Below are positions 58,065 to 64,000 of a stretch of 64,000 nucleotides of DNA, one piece after another. Source of the DNA: a virus (lineage: Duplodnaviria; Caudoviricetes); the IMG/VR virus record IMGVR_UViG_3300031784_000003; one strand, given 5' to 3'. A program made the translations under genes and the position numbers. The notes beneath the pieces are model-generated. The model searched no databases. It was not told where the DNA came from and saw only the letters and a program-made list of their open reading frames with translations. How positions within the stretch are numbered: position 1 is the first letter of the stretch; each line of letters opens with the position of its first letter.

Positions 58065-61000
58065 ATGTCTAAATCATTTAGAATTAGGACAACACCAGGT
58101 AATGATAATGGATATTTAAAAGTTAATGTTGATCTTAATCAGAACTACGATCATTTAGAAATATTAAGTTTAAAAATATCTCAAAACGATGACTACCAAA
58201 GTTTTTGTGCTGAATATGGTGTAATTGCGGGTAGAGTCATTATAAATAATGGGTTTGGTGTACCAAATGTTAGGGTATCTATATTTGTACCTGTAGATGA
58301 AGTCGATTTGAGTGATCCAGTTAAATCTGCAATATATCCATATACAGAACCATTTCCTGATCAAAAAAACAAAAATGGTATACGATATAATGTATTACCA
58401 AAAAACCAACAAACATTAGATCATACTCCTGTTGGGACTTTTCCAAAGAAAAGAGAAGTATTAGATAATAATACTACTTTAGAAATTTATGAAAAGTATT
58501 ATAAATATACTACTACAACCAATGAGGCAGGTGATTATATTTTATTTGGTGTACCTGTAGGGGATCATTTCTTACATTATGATATGGATGTAAGTGATAT
58601 TGGTTTTTTATCGGTTAGACCATTTGAATTGATTGAACAAGGATATAGTGATGACTTATTTAAAGATAGGTTTAAATTTAAATCGTCTAATAATTTAGAT
58701 AGTTTACCACAAATTTTTTCTGAAAATATACCTGTTAGAGTTGAACCTTACTGGTGTGATAGTTTAAGTGTGGGTAATGCGTTAGGTATTAATAGATATG
58801 ATATTTCTATTAATAATTTAGAATTAACCCCTACTGCAATTTTTATGGGTAGTGTTTTTACTGATGACGAAAAAGATTCTTTAAATAAGAATTGTAAACC
58901 TGCCAGAGAAATGGGTAAAATGAATGAAGTTGTCACAGGTCCTGGTAATGTAGAAGCAATTAGAAGAACCGTAGATGGTACAATAGAAAGATATAGTTTT
59001 AAGGGTAATGGAATAGATGAAAATGGTAACTGGTCTTTATTAGTTCCTATGAATATAAGAAAAGTTGTTACTGACGAATTTGGTAATTTAGTTCCTTCTC
59101 CTGATGGTATAAAAGGTGTTGCAACTGAAGGTGATTATAGATTCAGAATATCTATGGATGCAACAACAAATGACCAAAGATTAAGACAAAGGGCGAAATT
59201 CTTAGTTCCAAATACAAACAACAACTTCAATTTTGGTGAATATAGTTCAAAAGATTTAAAAAATAGTCAAGATTTTACAATAAATAAACAATTATCTACT
59301 ATAACGACAGGAACACCTTATGCGACTGATTTAAGAAATCAATATAACTACTTAGAAGAATTTTATCCATTTAGATGGAAAAAAGTGTATACCGTTAAAC
59401 AGTATATCGGTAGAATGCAAAAAATACAAAATGATGAGGCTAGAGGATTTATTGGTATTAAAGATATATTAAATGCTGAAGGTGTAAATAAATTTCCAAC
59501 AAATAGAATAGATATAAATCTAAATCCGATATATACTATAATATGTTTATTATTAACATTATTTGGGCATGTTGTGGGTTTCTTAAATGGTATTCTTAAT
59601 ATTATTAATGGTTTAATTACTGCAATATGTTCTATAAAAATACCTGTCGGATTTGGTCTTGATTGGAATATCGATTTTGTTGCCTTCACCTTTAAAGTTT
59701 GGATAACAATCGATTATAAATGTATTTTTAGTCCTCTCTTATGTAGATTTTGTAAAAATATTTGTACAAATGATAAACATAGTTGTTGTCCGTATAATTG
59801 GGCAGAAGGTTGTTATAGTAATAATGCAATTGAAAACATACCTGCAAAAGATGGTCCACCTGACTATATACCTTGTTGTCGTACGTGTTGTGTTAAAGTG
59901 CCTTTAATACCTTTAAAATGTTCTGATGAAGGCAAAAATTATATAATAACTTTAATAAAAACACCATTTGGTGACAACAGTGGGTGTAATTCACCATATG
60001 TAAGACCTTTCTCTTGTAAAAATTGTGGTGGTATACAAACACCAGGTATAAAAGATTGGGTATCATGTGTCATGGAACCAGTTGCAGTATTTTTAAGGAT
60101 GCTTAAGTTTGATTTTTATAATGATTGGGTTGGTGGTTCACTTTATTTCCCATTAATTAAAAGAAAATATAAATTAAAAAAATCTAAAAGAAAATTTGGA
60201 CAAATTAAAAAAGATAAATTTTGTGATTTCGATTGTAGAGAAAGAGGTAATAGTAGTAATTTTCAAGGTAATCCTACTTTTAATCAGTGGAGAATTAAAA
60301 TAAAATCCATTGTGTTCGCAAATCCTAGAATAACAGTAAATGGGTGTACTGCAAAAATAAAAGGTAGAAGAGTTACTGATTGGTATGGGACAGAAGAAAA
60401 TGATCTCCAAACACCTAACTTAAATTTGGCAGTTAAAGAATTAGAATTTAAAGGTAATACTAGTTCTTTTGATGGGTGTGTGATAAAATTTGATACGTTT
60501 GCGTCATTTCAAAATACGTTTAATAGTCAAGGTATTCCTTACGAAATAAAAGATAGAGAAGTTCCAGGGGAACATGGTAAACCAGAATATGTAGAAAGTG
60601 TTGATCCTAACGGAACAACTTCTTGGGAAAACATTGGTGGTCATGGTCACCATAGAAATATATGTGACAACACTAGAATGATAGAAAGAAAAGAATATTT
60701 TAAAACTTCTTTAGATTGTACAACGGTTAGTGTGGGAGGTGTGAAAGACGAGTTTGTGCCAGAAACGAGTGGTTTCGACAAGTTCAACGAACCTACAAGT
60801 GAAGGTGGTACTGGTGGAGAAAGCAACGTTTGTCCAGAATATACTTGTGAACCTGATTGTGGTTCTAATGGTATTGCACCTTGTGTATATGATAAAGCAA
60901 AATATGAACAATATACTCAAATTGTTAAACATGGTTTAATTAGTTGGTCAGAAAATGAAATATATTATACCCCATACATTTCTAATTCAGATGTTAAATT

Positions 61001-62045
61001 TAATAAAATAGAATATAAGGCAAATTTGATGTTACCTACAACTATAATGGAATTGGGTAGTAGTGTTTATTGTGATATAGATGATGTCCCATTTATTTTA
61101 GAATCCATACCAACCACAACATTTAATGTGAGTTATGAAGAAATTAAATATAGTATTGGTCAAAAACAATCATACACTAATGGTAGTACATATAAACCTA
61201 TTTTAAAATTTGATGATAGAAAAGACATTTCATTAAATCTTAGAGCTTATGTAGAATTCTCTTGTTTTAGTACAGTATGTAGTAATATTGCGGCAACTGT
61301 TAATCAGTCGCAATTAGGTGTGAGTATGATAGATACTAATGATATTGGTATCGAAATAGGTAATTGTTTTTTAAGATTTGAACATGATGAAGAAGTTAGA
61401 CAATATTTTTGTAAACGTTTTAACGGATATAAATCACCTAATTTAAATTTTCATCACAGTAGACCAGGATCAATCGAATTCGATAACAATTATCAAACTT
61501 ACCCATCAATATCCTTATCTGATGGTGCACCACTTTATTATAAATTAGATGGTGAATATATATTATCAGAATATAATGATGGTGATTCATTTATACCTGG
61601 AGACGCTTGTGGATATAGAAACACAAATAATACTTCAGACTATTTTTATGGTTTAGCACCTGGTCAAACATCAACATTTATTAATTACCCTAATGGATCA
61701 CAAACAATTAATTTTGGTCAAACCGCTTACGGTAATGGTGTTGATTTAGTAAATGATGATGTAAATGGTGATGAAGATATTTATGGTATTACATTTAATA
61801 GGATACAAACACCATATTACCTTTATTTTGGATTAGTACCCGGAAAAACTACTTTACATAAAACAGTTTCTTTATTCTTTGCGGATAAAATAAGTGCGAC
61901 TACACTTAAAGGTATAGGGGCATCAAATAATAAAGTAGATAGTAATGTTAATAATACACCTAATATTAATAGTGGTACTGAAAATAATTTCACTGTTTAT
62001 AAAACTTGTTTAGGTGAGACTTTAGTAAAACAAATTAAAAAATAA
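58065..62045 (+). CDS. Large baseplate-associated protein with an Ig/carboxypeptidase-regulatory-like domain and an internal hydrophobic Cys-rich segment
   Basis: GVIAGRVI…VPNVRVSIF…TTTNEAGDYILFGVPVG; hydrophobic stretch from 59526; lies after gp6. Confidence 0.55.
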   Translation: MSKSFRIRTTPGNDNGYLKVNVDLNQNYDHLEILSLKISQNDDYQSFCAEYGVIAGRVIINNGFGVPNVRVSIFVPVDEVDLSDPVKSAIYPYTEPFPDQKNKNGIRYNVLPKNQQTLDHTPVGTFPKKREVLDNNTTLEIYEKYYKYTTTTNEAGDYILFGVPVGDHFLHYDMDVSDIGFLSVRPFELIEQGYSDDLFKDRFKFKSSNNLDSLPQIFSENIPVRVEPYWCDSLSVGNALGINRYDISINNLELTPTAIFMGSVFTDDEKDSLNKNCKPAREMGKMNEVVTGPGNVEAIRRTVDGTIERYSFKGNGIDENGNWSLLVPMNIRKVVTDEFGNLVPSPDGIKGVATEGDYRFRISMDATTNDQRLRQRAKFLVPNTNNNFNFGEYSSKDLKNSQDFTINKQLSTITTGTPYATDLRNQYNYLEEFYPFRWKKVYTVKQYIGRMQKIQNDEARGFIGIKDILNAEGVNKFPTNRIDINLNPIYTIICLLLTLFGHVVGFLNGILNIINGLITAICSIKIPVGFGLDWNIDFVAFTFKVWITIDYKCIFSPLLCRFCKNICTNDKHSCCPYNWAEGCYSNNAIENIPAKDGPPDYIPCCRTCCVKVPLIPLKCSDEGKNYIITLIKTPFGDNSGCNSPYVRPFSCKNCGGIQTPGIKDWVSCVMEPVAVFLRMLKFDFYNDWVGGSLYFPLIKRKYKLKKSKRKFGQIKKDKFCDFDCRERGNSSNFQGNPTFNQWRIKIKSIVFANPRITVNGCTAKIKGRRVTDWYGTEENDLQTPNLNLAVKELEFKGNTSSFDGCVIKFDTFASFQNTFNSQGIPYEIKDREVPGEHGKPEYVESVDPNGTTSWENIGGHGHHRNICDNTRMIERKEYFKTSLDCTTVSVGGVKDEFVPETSGFDKFNEPTSEGGTGGESNVCPEYTCEPDCGSNGIAPCVYDKAKYEQYTQIVKHGLISWSENEIYYTPYISNSDVKFNKIEYKANLMLPTTIMELGSSVYCDIDDVPFILESIPTTTFNVSYEEIKYSIGQKQSYTNGSTYKPILKFDDRKDISLNLRAYVEFSCFSTVCSNIAATVNQSQLGVSMIDTNDIGIEIGNCFLRFEHDEEVRQYFCKRFNGYKSPNLNFHHSRPGSIEFDNNYQTYPSISLSDGAPLYYKLDGEYILSEYNDGDSFIPGDACGYRNTNNTSDYFYGLAPGQTSTFINYPNGSQTINFGQTAYGNGVDLVNDDVNGDEDIYGITFNRIQTPYYLYFGLVPGKTTLHKTVSLFFADKISATTLKGIGASNNKVDSNVNNTPNINSGTENNFTVYKTCLGETLVKQIKK

Positions 62046-62060
62046 TTATATTTTAGATAT

Positions 62061-64000
62061 ATGGAAGAAACTAAAAAAATATTATTAAATAGCTCTAGAT
62101 TACCAAATAACGTTAATGTAGACACACAAATTCAATTAGGTATAGAAAATATTACTAAACCTATACCATTGAATGATGTAGATACTACAGTAAGTCAATA
62201 TGAACAATTTGAAAAGGAACGAAAAGAAAGTAATATATACAGATTTTATGGTGTAGTAAAACCCGTAATAAGTAATCCTTTGTTTAATAAAAATGTTAAG
62301 ATATATAAAGATGATAAAAATAATGTTGTTAGTAAGACAATATTAAGTAGTAGTATTTTTGAAAAGAATGGTTGGGTAGGGTATTTTAATGATGAACTTG
62401 ATCAGACTGCATTACAGTTTAATGATAATAAAAGTGCATTGTGTGAATTTTTCCCATTTGATCCGGGATATGATAGATTAAATTTTTTAGATAGTGATGG
62501 TACACAAAATTTTTTGATTAAAATAACATACCCATTTAAAACTAAAGATATTGTTTTAGTAAAAAATAATACAAATGTTTCATTAAAAGATGGTATCCCT
62601 ATTATTGAAAAATTTTTAATTAAATTAAATGGTAGAAATTATACGGGATTTAGAACTGCGATGAATCATGGGTTAATTGAGGGAGATAGGATTAGTTTAT
62701 TAAAATTTACTGATAATACATCAAATAATACATTAAACCTTAACTCAAAATTCTATAGAGTATTTAAATTAGGTAACGAAACTAATGATAATAAACTTAG
62801 AAATTTTGTAATTGATGTTGATCCTAACGATATAAGTTTTACGATTGGTGTAAGTACAGTAAAAAGGGTAGTTAAAGATAAACCTTCGTCATATTATGTT
62901 AGACAATTTAAATCATTAACTAGTTCAGACTATAAAGATTATGATTTATATCCTGCAGCGTATGGAGTTACCTATTTTGATGATAATGTTGCGGCGTTTA
63001 ACTTTAAAAAAGATATTAATATTACTGGTTTAGTCGATAATTTAAATAGACCTTTAACAGAATTATATCTTACAATTATAAAAAATGATAATGACACATC
63101 TTCAGGAAATATATCAACACAGTATTGGTTAAATAAACAAAAAAATTTACAAATTCCTTTTAACACTAGATTTTGGACTAAAATTTCTGCAGGTTATCTT
63201 TTAGAGAATAATACTAATATAAATTATAATATTAGATCTTACGGAGATACGAATTATAATGGTTCAACATATTTTGAAAACATTGATGAATCAGATGATG
63301 TATTTGATGGGGATATTGTTGAATATAATGAGTCTGAATTACTAGAAAGAAGATTAGAAATCATATATCATAGAGTCAATACAGTTTATAGAGAGAAATT
63401 AAATAGTATTGATTCTACACAAGAAAATAAAAAAGAGGGTTACATTTATTCACCATTTAATTTAATTCAAATTAAAGAATTTATGAACTATATAAATCCA
63501 ATAGTAGATTTACAATCTATTGTGGATAAATATAATATAACTAATCCTATAGAAATTGACGATTTAAGGAAGGCATTTAAAATACCTGATTACGCCACAC
63601 AAATAGCACCAAATATATATAAGTGGAGAGATATTATGGAAATTGGTGAATTTGATAGTACGGGTAATGGTGTTGATTATCCTTTTGAGGATGGGGCACA
63701 TTACATATATTTAGATAAAAGATTCTACTTCCAAAGACAAGACCCTCCTTGTGAATTTGTTTTAATATCGGAAGACATTACATTAGGTTCATCGGATGTT
63801 GGAAACGTACAACAGAATAAATTTTTAAAATTATTGGAGGATCCTACATTTTTACAATATAGATTTAAATCAGGAAGTGCAATATCTGGTGTAATAAACA
63901 GTAGTGGCTCAAACGGTGTATTAAATTTAGTGAACTATAATGGTGTTACTCCTTTAGAATTAGAGGTTACTTTGGCAGATTATATAGGTGAATATGAATT
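62061..64000 (+). CDS. Putative baseplate/virion protein (3'-partial)
   Basis: ATG 62061 (MEETKKILLN…); the frame was open at the points spot-checked up to the window end (…TLADYIGEYE). Absent from the track because it has no stop. Confidence 0.7.
   Translation, partial: MEETKKILLNSSRLPNNVNVDTQIQLGIENITKPIPLNDVDTTVSQYEQFEKERKESNIYRFYGVVKPVISNPLFNKNVKIYKDDKNNVVSKTILSSSIFEKNGWVGYFNDELDQTALQFNDNKSALCEFFPFDPGYDRLNFLDSDGTQNFLIKITYPFKTKDIVLVKNNTNVSLKDGIPIIEKFLIKLNGRNYTGFRTAMNHGLIEGDRISLLKFTDNTSNNTLNLNSKFYRVFKLGNETNDNKLRNFVIDVDPNDISFTIGVSTVKRVVKDKPSSYYVRQFKSLTSSDYKDYDLYPAAYGVTYFDDNVAAFNFKKDINITGLVDNLNRPLTELYLTIIKNDNDTSSGNISTQYWLNKQKNLQIPFNTRFWTKISAGYLLENNTNINYNIRSYGDTNYNGSTYFENIDESDDVFDGDIVEYNESELLERRLEIIYHRVNTVYREKLNSIDSTQENKKEGYIYSPFNLIQIKEFMNYINPIVDLQSIVDKYNITNPIEIDDLRKAFKIPDYATQIAPNIYKWRDIMEIGEFDSTGNGVDYPFEDGAHYIYLDKRFYFQRQDPPCEFVLISEDITLGSSDVGNVQQNKFLKLLEDPTFLQYRFKSGSAISGVINSSGSNGVLNLVNYNGVTPLELEVTLADYIGEYE

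Noticed and set aside
1-64000. Stop-codon reassignment (TAG or TGA readthrough), as in some large phages
   Set aside because: Core genes are full length in code 11, and TAG (31537, 52725) and TGA (4797, 8820-gene neighbours such as 10365) act as genuine stops.
1-64000. Eukaryotic giant virus or stand-alone contractile injection system
   Set aside because: PolB and SNF2 occur in giant viruses, but neck, sheath, tube and baseplate genes plus bacterial promoters and terminators indicate a tailed phage; neck and replication genes argue against an eCIS.
1-64000. tRNA, rRNA, CRISPR array, integrase, transposase, DGR
   Set aside because: No cloverleaf, repeat-spacer array, recombinase or reverse transcriptase motifs were seen; the repeats found are coding. 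This was a visual scan only.

Overview
This AT-rich 64-kb window is part of a large T4-like myovirus (contractile-tail phage) genome in the standard genetic code. It carries neck, tail fibre, sheath, tube, tape-measure and baseplate genes. These are interleaved with a T4-type replication set: family-B polymerase, SNF2 helicase, gp32-like SSB, UvsX/RecA, 5'-3' exonuclease, DnaB/gp41 helicase, a probable class II RNR and a glutaredoxin. No capsid, portal, terminase, tRNA, CRISPR array or integrase was recognised. Canonical TTTG-N19/20-TATATTTG promoters point to a Bacteroidota host, and a separate ATA(T/C)TTAT box precedes most virion genes. Main leads: (1) about nine unrelated ORFs share [L/I]-x-E amphipathic N-terminal tags and carry diverse payloads (HExxH peptidase plus HAD phosphatase, PT-TG-like hairpin, OmpA-like domain with 8-Cys repeats), suggesting a modular capsid-packaged effector system; (2) a start-less gp51-like frame reachable by a +1 frameshift from the gp26-like gene; (3) an unannotated 50-aa ribbon-helix-helix gene with a candidate operator, divergent from the sheath gene. 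All family assignments come from motif recognition by eye; no database searches were run.
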